From Candidatus Dormiibacterota bacterium (lineage in GTDB: Bacteria; Acidobacteriota; Polarisedimenticolia; Gp22-AA2): DNA of 64,000 nucleotides. The position numbers and the translations under genes are program-made. The notes under the pieces are model-generated. The model made no database searches. It worked only from the letters and a program-made list of their open reading frames with translations, and was not told the origin of the DNA. The DNA lies in NCBI GenBank assembly GCA_035635555.1, contig DASQAT010000054.1, forward strand, positions 11,885 to 75,884, read 5' to 3'. Positions 8,132-17,100 of the stretch are shown here, piece after piece; within the stretch, counting starts at the first letter, position 1; the number at the start of each line of letters is the position of its first letter.

Positions 8132-8205
8132 CCAGTTTCTCTTCCTGTGTAGGCAGCAAGTGATTTGTCCGCATGCGGTAAGATGCGTGCACCCGGGAGG
8201 CCACG

Positions 8206-8589
8206 ATGCCTATCGAAATCGAAGACGTATCGGACAAGCGGATGCTGCGCGCTACCGCGCGCGGCAACATCTCGTTGCATGACGTTCTCGCTCACCTGGA
8301 GCGCGAGCAGGCGGCGAACGCTCTTGGCATCCCCGAGCTGATCGATGCGCGCGACGCTACGACGGACATGGGAGGACGGCAGGTCCGGGAGCTCGTGAGT
8401 CACCTGCGCAAGCTCAGCCATCGCTACCCCCTTGGGCCCACGGCCTTCGTGGCCACGGACGACGTGGTCTTCGGAATGGCGCGCATGTATTCGATTCTCT
8501 GCGCGGACTTCGATCCTCGCTTCGCGGTGTTTCGCGATACGGCCTCTGCAGAGGCCTGGCTGCAATCGGGATCGCCGGTTCAGGAGTAG
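8206..8589 (+). CDS. hypothetical protein (possibly SpoIIAA/STAS-like fold)
   Basis: GGGAGG lies upstream of the ATG. The 127-aa protein has a pattern reminiscent of small STAS/DUF3478-type proteins. This assignment is weak. Confidence 0.55.
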   Translation: MPIEIEDVSDKRMLRATARGNISLHDVLAHLEREQAANALGIPELIDARDATTDMGGRQVRELVSHLRKLSHRYPLGPTAFVATDDVVFGMARMYSILCADFDPRFAVFRDTASAEAWLQSGSPVQE

Positions 8590-8626
8590 GGGAGATCGCA
8601 AGCTGATTCCGAGCATCATTAGAATC

Positions 8627-9582
8627 ATGGTAGGCGTCGTGACCGGCCTGGCCCTGATTGTGCTGCTCATTGGCCTGATGGTCCGGCAGCCGAACATCGG
8701 TCGTCATCCGTTCCCTGAAGGTGCCCGAGCCGATCCTGCCACTCTTCGAACGCACGTCGAGTACCTCAGTACACAGGCCTTTCCGAGGAACCCGACCGCA
8801 CCAGCCAGCCTCAACCTCGCGGCGGACTACATCAAGGCCGCTCTCTCCAGGACTGGTGCCGTAGTGACGGAACAGCCGTACGAGGCATTTCACAAACCAT
8901 TCAGGAACATCATCGCAACGTACGGCCCTGCGACTGGCCGCAAGGTCGTGGTCGGCGCGCATTACGACGTTTACGGAGAATTCCCCGGCGCCGACGACAA
9001 CGCGAGCGGTGTCGCCGGCCTTCTGGAACTCGGGCGGCTCCTCAGTGCCCGGAAGCTGCAATCGTCAATTGAGCTTGTCGCATTCTCGACTGAGGAGCCG
9101 CCATACTTCGGGGGCCCTGAGATGGGAAGCGCGACTCATGCGAAGTCGCTGCGCAAGGCCGGTGCGCCCGTGGAGGCCATGATCTCGCTGGAGATGATTG
9201 GGTACTTCATCTTTATCTCATCTACCCACGACGCGGCGATTTCATTTCCATTGCCGGCCGGTGGCGTGACCGCTCTCTCGCCCGGAGGGTAAAGATGTGC
9301 TTCCGCGGTGCCACCACTGTCCCCGCGGTGAGCTACTCCGGCCCGGTCGAGATCGGCGCCGATCTGTCAGACCAGCGGAATTATTGGGCTGCGGGTTACC
9401 CCGCAGTCATGGTGACCGACACGGCCTTCATGCGCAATTTCAATTACCATACACCTCACGATCTGCCGGAGACCCTTGATTACGTTCGAATGGCCGGTGT
9501 CGTCGACGGGGTTCTGAGCGCGGTCATCCATCTCACGAGCGGGTCGGCAGGCGGCGACGATCTTGCGAAGCCCCGATCATGA
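8627..9582 (+). pseudogene. M28-family aminopeptidase, disrupted by a frameshift/internal deletion near 9205-9215
   Basis: It has an N-terminal TM helix and the M28 motifs VVVGAHYDV, GADDNASGVAGLLELGR, VAFSTEEPPYFG and SLEMIGYF. The sequence then continues in another frame as LYLIYPRRGDFISIAGRW...SDQRNYWAAGYPAVMVTDTAFMRNFNYHTPHD. About 15-20 residues normally found between these blocks appear to be missing. Confidence 0.65.
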
Positions 9583-9630
9583 CACCTCCGCGGTCATGTT
9601 CGCCAGCGTCTTGAACAAGGAGAGATTAGC

Positions 9631-9912
9631 GTGCCCCTTTACATGGTCGTCGAGCGCTTCCGCAACGGTGACGCGGCGCCCGTATACCGCCGGTTCAGGG
9701 AACGCGGCCGTATGGCCCCCGAGGGTCTTGCGTACATCTCGAGTTGGGTGACTGAGGACTTGTCCACCTGCTATCAGCTCATGGAAACAGCCGACCGGGC
9801 GCTTCTCGAGGACTGGATTCGGAATTGGACCGATCTGGTTGAATTCGAGGTTCATCCGGTCATGACGTCCCAGGAGGCAGCGAAGCGGGTGGCATCGAAG
9901 CAGGAAGCGTGA
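9631..9912 (+). CDS. DUF3303-family protein
   Basis: MPLYMVVERFRNGDAAPVYRRFRERGRMAPEGLAYISSWV...CYQLME...LVEFEVHPV matches the DUF3303 pattern. GGAGAG lies upstream. Confidence 0.8.
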   Translation: MPLYMVVERFRNGDAAPVYRRFRERGRMAPEGLAYISSWVTEDLSTCYQLMETADRALLEDWIRNWTDLVEFEVHPVMTSQEAAKRVASKQEA

Positions 9913-10082
9913 GTCGACCGGCCAGGTTCGGGGCAATTCTGGTCTTGGTGCTGTTGTCCACCCTGGATTGCAGCTGGGTGGGCCCCAGGGTCTTCCGGGT
10001 TCCGACGGGCGCGATGGAGCCAACCATCAAGGCCGGCGACCTCGTATTGGTCATCCGCTCCGCCGGGGACCGTGTAACATAG
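9909..10082 (+). pseudogene. signal peptidase I (S26) N-terminal fragment
   Basis: This 57-codon ORF (GTG 9909 to TAG 10080-10082) has a TM segment followed by FRVPTGAMEPTIKAGDLVLV, the catalytic-serine box region of S26 peptidases. It then stops, and the rest of the enzyme is absent. Confidence 0.4.
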
Positions 10083-10086
10083 GGAG

Positions 10087-10326
10087 GTGAGTCCAACAGT
10101 CTTTCGCCATGCCGGCTATCGCTTTTATTTTTTCTCGCGTGAGGAGTTGCGACCGCATGTTCACGTCCATCATGCGGATGGAGAAGCGAAGTTCTGGCTG
10201 GAACCGAAGATCGAGTTGGCCCGAAGCGATGGCATGAGCGCCCGGCGCCTGACGAGCGCCCTATACCTTGTCCGGAGGCATGAACGTGAGATCCGCGCTG
10301 CGTGGAAGAAGCATTTTGGACGTTGA
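10087..10326 (+). CDS. DUF4160-domain protein
   Basis: GYRFYFFSREELRPHVHVHHADGEAKFWLEP is the characteristic DUF4160 motif. GGGAGG lies upstream. Confidence 0.8.
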   Translation: MSPTVFRHAGYRFYFFSREELRPHVHVHHADGEAKFWLEPKIELARSDGMSARRLTSALYLVRRHEREIRAAWKKHFGR

Positions 10327-10627
10327 GGTCACCAACGTGTCTCAGCATGGCCTCTGGGTGTTGGTCGGAGGCCGCGAGCTCTTCCTGCCGTTCAAGAAGT
10401 TTCCCTGGTTCAAGGACGCTCCCGTCGCTCAGGTGCTGAACGTGGCGCTGCCGCACCCGACGCATATCTACTGGCCCGACCTCGACGTCGACCTCTCGAT
10501 CGAGTCCATAGAATTCCCCGAGCGGTTCCCGCTGGTGAGCCGGACGCGGCCCAACAACGTGTTGCAGCGGACACGCGCGAAGCGCCGCCTCAAGAGCGTC
10601 AAGCGGTCACGTGGCGCGCGTCGCTGA
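10316..10627 (+). CDS. DUF2442-domain protein (start uncertain: TTG 10316, ATG 10280 or 10268)
   Basis: VEVTNVSQHGLWVLVGGRELFLPFKKFPWFKDAPVAQ fits DUF2442. It overlaps the end of the DUF4160 gene, which is the usual two-gene arrangement. Confidence 0.7.
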   Translation: MDVEVTNVSQHGLWVLVGGRELFLPFKKFPWFKDAPVAQVLNVALPHPTHIYWPDLDVDLSIESIEFPERFPLVSRTRPNNVLQRTRAKRRLKSVKRSRGARR

Positions 10628-10692
10628 ACCCGGGCGTCCGGCGCCCCGCCGCGCGTCCATCGAATCCTGAGGCACCTCCTCAGAGGAACGTC

Positions 10693-10830
10693 ATGTCGAA
10701 ACTCCGAGTCAGCAGTTTTGCGGTCTCGATCGACGGCTTCGGTGCCGGGCCGAACCAGGTAGGCTACGAAAGCGTGAAGCACGTCGCGGGCGTTCGCGCG
10801 ACTCATGTGTCTCTTCGCAGGCGCGCTTGA
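10693..10830 (+). pseudogene. RibD_C/dihydrofolate-reductase-family N-terminal stub
   Basis: AGAGGA lies upstream of the ATG. MSKLRVSSFAVSIDGFGAGPNQ matches the start of RibD C-terminal-domain family proteins. Similarity then ends, and the ORF stops after 45 aa. Confidence 0.35.
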
Positions 10831-10891
10831 CCGCGCGGCGCGGATTGGCCGCGTAGGTGATGTCATCCGCCAGAGGTGCGGCCGTCTCCGC

Positions 10892-12889
10892 TCAGGGCAC
10901 GCGGTAGATGTACGGAGCGGCGCGCCGCTCCTTGTTGGAGATGTCGCGCCAGTCGCCGAGCCACGTCTCGCGGAAGCGGCGTGACAGATCGATGTCAGCG
11001 ACCGCGACCTTCGGCGCCCCCGTGATCTCCCCGATCGAGGCGAGCACGGTGCCGAGCGGGTCGACGATCTCGCTGGCCTGGTCGTAGCCCGACAGGGCGA
11101 GGTGGATTCCGTTCTCGATCGCCCGGGCGTGCGCCATCGTCACTCGTCCTCCCCAGTAGGGGACGAGAAGGAGATCGGCCCCCTGCAGGGCCGCCTCGCG
11201 GGCCGGCTCGGGGAACGATAGATCGTGGCAGATCAGGAGCGCGACTCTCCCGAAATCGAGGTCGAACACCGGCACGGAGTCCCCCGGCACCATCCCCTCG
11301 TCGACCTCCGAACGCGGCACCTGCACCTTGCGGTACTTCCCGGCGATGTTCCCGTTCCGATCGAGCAGGACGGCGGTGTTGTAGAGCCTGTCGCCGACGC
11401 GCTCCGCCAGGCCGAAGACGATGTTGACGGCCTGGCGCCGGGCGACGCCGGCCAGGACGTCGCTGCTCGGCCCCGGCACCGGCTCGGCCTTGTCGTCGGG
11501 CGTGCCGGGGACCCCGATCACGTTGAGCTGCTCTCCCAGGACCATGATGTCCGGGCGGTGATCGATCGCCACCTGCTCGGCGTAGCTCGCGGCCCGCTGC
11601 ACCGATTCGTAGCCGCTCTGCGTGCCGGACGGGCGGTAGTAGATCGCCGCCACGCGCACCCGGCGCGGGGCGGGGGCCGCGGACGGCTTCAGGCTCAGCT
11701 CGTCGAACGTCACCCGCCCGGCCGCGGACCACTGCAGGAGAAGGTCGACGTCCACCGCCGTGCTCCCGGGAGGGGCCTGGACGATTCGATCGAAGGTCAG
11801 CGCGCCCGGCGGCTGCGCCGCCGGCTTGAAATCCCAGACATAGTCGGGAGTCTCCTCCGGCCCGAACGAGCCGCTCCAACGCAGCAGGATCGAGATCGAC
11901 TCGCGCAGCGAGGCCAGGTCGGACGGCAGGACCCGCGCGCTGAAGCGGTAGTAGCTCCCTCCCGCGATCCCGCCGATGCGCGCCCTCCATCCTCCGTAGA
12001 CGTCGGGCAGCCCGCCGCCGGACACGCTCAGCGCGTACCCACCGGGTCCCCCCGACGTCGACACGACCGGCGCCGACTGCGCCCGCGGCGCGAACACCGA
12101 CCAGGCGTCCGTGCTCGCGGGCATGAGCTCCTGCCCGGTCCCCGCTCCCGGCTGGATGGTGAGGCTCAGCTGGCGGGTCGCCGATCGCGCGTCGCGATCC
12201 GTCACCTGCGCGGTGAAGACGCTCGTGCCGGCCGCCGCCGGCGTGCCGGAGATCGTCCCCGTGCCGGAGGCCAGGGTCAGCCCCGCCGGCAGACTCCCCG
12301 ACACGATCGACCAGGCGTAGGGAGTCGTGCCGCCCGCGGCCGTCAGCGTGGCGCCGTACGCCGTTCCCTGCACACCGTCCGGGAGGGAGCCGGTCGTGAT
12401 GGAGAGCGGCGGTGGACCGGCCGTCTCGTCGAATTCGAACGCGTCGATCCAGACCCACGCGCCGCCCGAGGACGCGTCGTGGGACCCGGCGACTTCGATC
12501 GTCAGGGTGTGGCCGCCCTCCGGCAGACCGGCGGCTTCCCAGACGACGGCTCGGGCCTGGGGCGGCGAGCTGAAGGTGTCGATCGTCGCCCGGAGCGTCC
12601 CGTCCAGGTAGACGTTCGCCAGGCCGGACCACTCGTCGCGATAGGCGATCCAGCGGACCCCCGTGCCCGTGAAGCCGAGCACGGCGCGGTCCCCCGCGCC
12701 CATCGACGTCGTGGCGCCGCCGCCGTCGAACTGCGTCCGGGTCAGATTGAACCAGGTGCCGGAGTAGCGCACGGCCGGGTCGTCGTTCTGGATGCGGGTG
12801 GCGGCGAGGGCCGTCGCGGGCGCAAGCAGGAGGACACACGCGCAGGCCGACAGCAGCCGCCACAGACGGGATCGCGCGTCGCTTTTCAT
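10892..12889 (-). CDS. secreted multidomain carbon-nitrogen hydrolase (nitrilase superfamily) with beta-sandwich and Ig-like domains
   Basis: GAGGAGGGG precedes the ATG and there is a signal peptide (LLLAPATALAATR). The domain order is: an N-terminal CBM-like sandwich; a putative-Ig repeat (LPDGVQGTAYGATLTAAGGTTPYAWSIVSGSLPAGLTL...GTISGTP); a second sandwich; then a C-terminal CN-hydrolase with candidate E-K-C triad residues (MVLGEQ, GKYRKVQ, ALLICHD). Confidence 0.9.
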   Translation of the reverse strand: MKSDARSRLWRLLSACACVLLLAPATALAATRIQNDDPAVRYSGTWFNLTRTQFDGGGATTSMGAGDRAVLGFTGTGVRWIAYRDEWSGLANVYLDGTLRATIDTFSSPPQARAVVWEAAGLPEGGHTLTIEVAGSHDASSGGAWVWIDAFEFDETAGPPPLSITTGSLPDGVQGTAYGATLTAAGGTTPYAWSIVSGSLPAGLTLASGTGTISGTPAAAGTSVFTAQVTDRDARSATRQLSLTIQPGAGTGQELMPASTDAWSVFAPRAQSAPVVSTSGGPGGYALSVSGGGLPDVYGGWRARIGGIAGGSYYRFSARVLPSDLASLRESISILLRWSGSFGPEETPDYVWDFKPAAQPPGALTFDRIVQAPPGSTAVDVDLLLQWSAAGRVTFDELSLKPSAAPAPRRVRVAAIYYRPSGTQSGYESVQRAASYAEQVAIDHRPDIMVLGEQLNVIGVPGTPDDKAEPVPGPSSDVLAGVARRQAVNIVFGLAERVGDRLYNTAVLLDRNGNIAGKYRKVQVPRSEVDEGMVPGDSVPVFDLDFGRVALLICHDLSFPEPAREAALQGADLLLVPYWGGRVTMAHARAIENGIHLALSGYDQASEIVDPLGTVLASIGEITGAPKVAVADIDLSRRFRETWLGDWRDISNKERRAAPYIYRVP

Positions 12890-13404
12890 CGTGCCCCTCC
12901 TCTAAAGACACCTAATGATGGGCCGGCCCCTGCGGTCCTGGGTATGCGGAGGATCCCGCAATCGACGACGTGAAATCGTCCGAGAGGCGTCAGGTGATTC
13001 ACCTCCGGTCCGACCACGAGATCGCGGCTCGCAGGGGTGAATTTCATGATATGGGTCGCCTTCCATGACGCCGCGACGGCGGAGCGCGTAACCGAGCGAA
13101 GAGAGTTCCGGCAGCACTGGCCGTATCATGTCCGGTTTCCTCGCGAGGCCTGCTATCTCGGCTGGCAGGAATCGTTCGCTCTCCTGGGGAAGCTCGTCGA
13201 GGCCGAGATTCGAGATTGACGCGTGGCGGCAGGGGGTGATCCGAGCTCGTGGAGGGGCCCATCCCCGTTCGCTACGGACTCATCCGCTGGTCCGAGTCGT
13301 TCCTACGATGCGATCCACCGTCCAGGATGGGCGAGGTAGTGGACGCGGATTCATGAAACGTAGAATCGCGGCGGACAAGAGCGGACAGCCACGGGAGGCT
13401 CTTC

Positions 13405-13953
13405 ATGCATGATGCAGGCGTCTCACTACTCGCGGCCTGGGAAAGTTTCTATGTCATCGTAGGGTCCTCGTCCGCAGGACTGACCGGACTGATGTTTGTC
13501 GTCGTCACGTTAATCCCGGAAGCACAGTCGCGAGGTACCATTCCGGTCCTGGGATTCTCGGTGTTCAGCACGCCGACCATCGTTCATTTTTGCTCGGCGC
13601 TGCTCGTGTCCGCGATTCTCAGCGCGCCTTGGGGCGCGCTGTCGCAAGCCGGCCTGGCGATTGCGATGACCGGTCTTGCGGGGTTGGTCTTCGTTGTCGT
13701 CGTCGCGGTGCGCATTCGGCGTGTGCTGAGCGAGGGCCACTACAGGCCGGTGCTTGAAGATTGGCTGTGCCATCTCCTGTTGCCTCTCGCGGTGTACGTG
13801 GCCCTTGTGATCGCTGGGATGATGCTTCGCCACAAACCGACAACATCCCTGTTCGGAATCGGCGCCGCCACGCTGTTGCTGCTGTTCATCGGCATTCACA
13901 ACGCCTGGGACACCGTCACGTGGATGGCCTTCCAGCGTTCTAAATCGAAGTAA
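13405..13953 (+). CDS. hypothetical polytopic membrane protein
   Basis: It has five to six hydrophobic helices and GGGAGG upstream of the ATG. No family was recognised. Confidence 0.7.
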   Translation: MHDAGVSLLAAWESFYVIVGSSSAGLTGLMFVVVTLIPEAQSRGTIPVLGFSVFSTPTIVHFCSALLVSAILSAPWGALSQAGLAIAMTGLAGLVFVVVVAVRIRRVLSEGHYRPVLEDWLCHLLLPLAVYVALVIAGMMLRHKPTTSLFGIGAATLLLLFIGIHNAWDTVTWMAFQRSKSK

Positions 13954-14133
13954 CTCGCCCGGCACGGGCCGCCCGAGCCGAACACTTGGCTCGAGCCGAC
14001 GGGTGTCACATTGCTGGGGTGTGAGGCGTGCAGCGTCGAGCCTCGGATGGCCGAATTTTCAAAACGTCGGGGGAGGAGGAGATCGCGAAGCATCACCGCA
14101 GGTGACAGGTGCGGGAAATTATCTGATCTTCGT

Positions 14134-17100
14134 TCACTCCCGCCGGGAGGGGCCGAAGAGGTCGACCTTGTGATCGACGTGCACGACTTCGATGTAGACG
14201 CTTCTGCCGCTCTTGTGCTTGGGGACGACGAACGTGTAGGTGTGTCCCGTCCCGGTGATGCACTCCTCGCACGGGATGACGACGGAGTTCAGCTGCACAC
14301 GGCTCCCGCGCGCGTCGTACGTCACGACGTTGAATCCGAGAAGGTCGAACTCGAGATCGGTGGTCCAGGTCAGCAGCCCCGCTCCCTTTCCCGGACCGCT
14401 CGTGAAGTTGATCAAGATGTCCGACACGGTCGTTATGGGGGGCCGGAAGGTCATAACCGACTCGCCTTGATAGAGGAATGGGGCCTCGGCGCTCGCCGGC
14501 AGCGTGTTCCCGTCGGTCGCGGTGATGCGGAGGCTGTGCTCGGCGCCCACGGACAGACCGGAGATGTCGACCTGCGTCGGCAGTACGCCGGTGAACGGGA
14601 ACGTGAGCGTCAGTTTCTGCTGTAAATTCATTGCGATGCTGCCGGTGTCGTAGCCGAGCACGGTGGCATCGAAGCGCGGACCGCCGAAGCCGCCCTTCAG
14701 AAGACAGATCGGCGCAGGCAGCGGGAGCCCCTCCAGAAACAATGTCGTGTCGAAACCGCCGGCCAGGTCGCACGAGCCCCGGGCGAGGTAATACGTGGAG
14801 AAGCCTGACCCGCAAGGGAGACTGAAGTTCGAAGCCCCGAGTTGATGATCGAACAGCACGGGAAAGCCAATCGAGCCGTTGGCAAAACCGATCCCCTCGC
14901 CGGGGATGTTTTCGGGGAAGATCCCGTCGGCGCAGTTCCGGGTCAATCCCATGTCCGGCAGGTCCCTGGACGTGGCCTTCGTCTCCAAGACCTGAATCGT
15001 CCCGTTCAGCGTTTCCCCCTGCGGATCCTGGGCGGTGGCGAAGACCTCCAATTCGGATCCCCCCTGATCCCGAACGGCGTAGATCCGTACGCTCGGCTGG
15101 CAGGCGTCCCCCGATCCGTCATGGTTTCCGTCCGCCTGGTCGGGGTTCGGGACGGTCGGGCAATTGTCGCAACCGTCACCCCGTCCGTCATGGTCCTGAT
15201 CGACTTGCGATGGATTCGGCAGCAGGGGACAGTTGTCCACATCGCCGCAGACGCCGTCGCGGTCGTAATCGTTGGCGGCGTCGTGCGGGCAGGGGTCACA
15301 GAGGTCTCCGATGCCGTCCCCGTCGGCGTCCTCCTGCCCCGGGTTGTAGACGTTGCCGCAATTATCCAGCGGGCAGGTCATGGGAAACACGCGGCTTCTC
15401 GAGCCGTACCCGTCGCCGTCGGGATCGCTACAGGTGTCGCAGGCATCCCCGGCGCCGTCGTGGTCGGCGTCCGCCTGGAACGGGTTGACGACGGCGGGAC
15501 AGTTGTCCGGCGCGCAGAGGTTTTGCGGATACCCCGCGTCGCCCCACCCGTCATGATCCGAGTCGGTGCACGCATCGCAGGCATCTCCCAGCGCGTCGTG
15601 ATCGCCGTTCGCCTGGTCCGGGTTGGCGACGTGAGGACAGTTGTCCGTAGGGCAGGTGTTCGCCGGGAAGCCGGGGTCGCCAAACCCGTCATGATCCGTA
15701 TCGGTGCAGTCATCCGATTCGTCCGGGACGCCATCGTGGTCCGAGTCGGGCCCGGGATGCCGATTGAACAGCAGGGTCATGATCCCGTTGGAGCCCAGAC
15801 CATCACCGGCGATCGCCAGGTCGGGCCGGTTGTCGCCATCGAGGTCCCGGGCGATCATCGCTGCTGGTCCGGCGCCAACCGCGAACCTCGAGAGCGGCGA
15901 GAACGTCCCGTCACCGCCACCGCGCAGTACCAGAACCTTGTCCTGAAACGGGCCGTCCCACAGCGATCGCGCCGCCAGATCCAGGCGCCCGTCCGCATCG
16001 AAATCGGCGAGGACGATACTGCCCGATTCCCCGAGCACGAACATCGTCTTCGCCGGCAGGAACTCCCCGTCGCCCTGTCCGAGATAAGTCGCGATCACGC
16101 CCTGCCCGGCACTCGAGACAACGAGATCGGGCAGAGTGTCGCCGTTGAGATCTCCGGTCGCCAGTGATTGGGGCGCCAGCAGATTCGAAAGAGTCGTGCC
16201 GCTGGTGAATGTGCCGTCCCCCCGCCCGAGCAGCAGGAAGATTCCCCATGTGTATCTGTCCGTGGACACAACCGCCAGATCGTCGTGGCCATCCAGGTTG
16301 AAGTCGGCCACCACCACCAACTGGGGGCCGACGCTCACGCTGATGCGGCTTTCCGGCGCGAAAGTGCCGTCGCCGACCCCGACGAGAATGGAGAGATCGC
16401 CCGTGGCCCCGGTGTAGTCGAAGAACGAATTCGTCACGGCAAGGTCGACGACACCATCTTCATTGAAGTCCCCGGCGGCGATCGAGGAGGGGGTAGACCC
16501 CACACCCGGCCGGGAGCCCGGCACCAGGTGTCCCGCCCCATCTCCGAGGAGGATCGACACGTCGTTTGAAGCGCCGTTCGTCACCGCCAGATCCACGTGG
16601 CCGTCGCCGTTGAAGTCCGAGGCGAGCGCCGCGGTCGGTCCGCTGCCCGCCGGGACAGTCGCCGCCGCCAGGAAGTTCTCGGCCCCCTGGTTCAGGAAGA
16701 TCGACACGCCGGCGTTCCCCTTCATGGGGACGACCAGGTCCGGCCGGCCGTCCTCATTCAGATCGGCGTCGACCAGCGCGGTCGGATCCGCCTCCATGGA
16801 CAATGCCCGCTGCCGGAATGTCCCGTCCCCCTGTCCCAGATAGACCGACGCGTACCCCGGTTCGAATCCGAGCGTGGGCGAGCGGTGGTTGATGACAAGA
16901 TCCACCCCTCCGTCACCGTTGAAATCCGCCGCAGCGAGGGCGAAAGGAAGCCCACCCGTCGCGCCGGGTTGCGTGGAACGGAGGCTTTCATCTTCGCGAC
17001 CGAGCAGGACCGCGAACCGATCGCTCGCAACGAAGGCGATATCGTCCTTGCGGTCCCTGTTGAAATCGGCGACGACGAGGCTGAAGGGATCCGACATCGT

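Noticed and set aside
8040-10890. A possible second cassette array. The region holds many short, same-strand, functionally unrelated genes, including a TA-like pair.
   Set aside because: Intergenic gaps are too short (0-65 nt), contain no RYYYAAC...GTTRRRY palindromes, and the GC content is not depressed.
13037-13219. A 60-codon ORF (GTG start) in the 515-bp gap between the CN-hydrolase and the membrane protein gene.
   Set aside because: It has no RBS, an atypical start and no recognisable motif. It may be a remnant or a real small protein, but the evidence is insufficient to call it.
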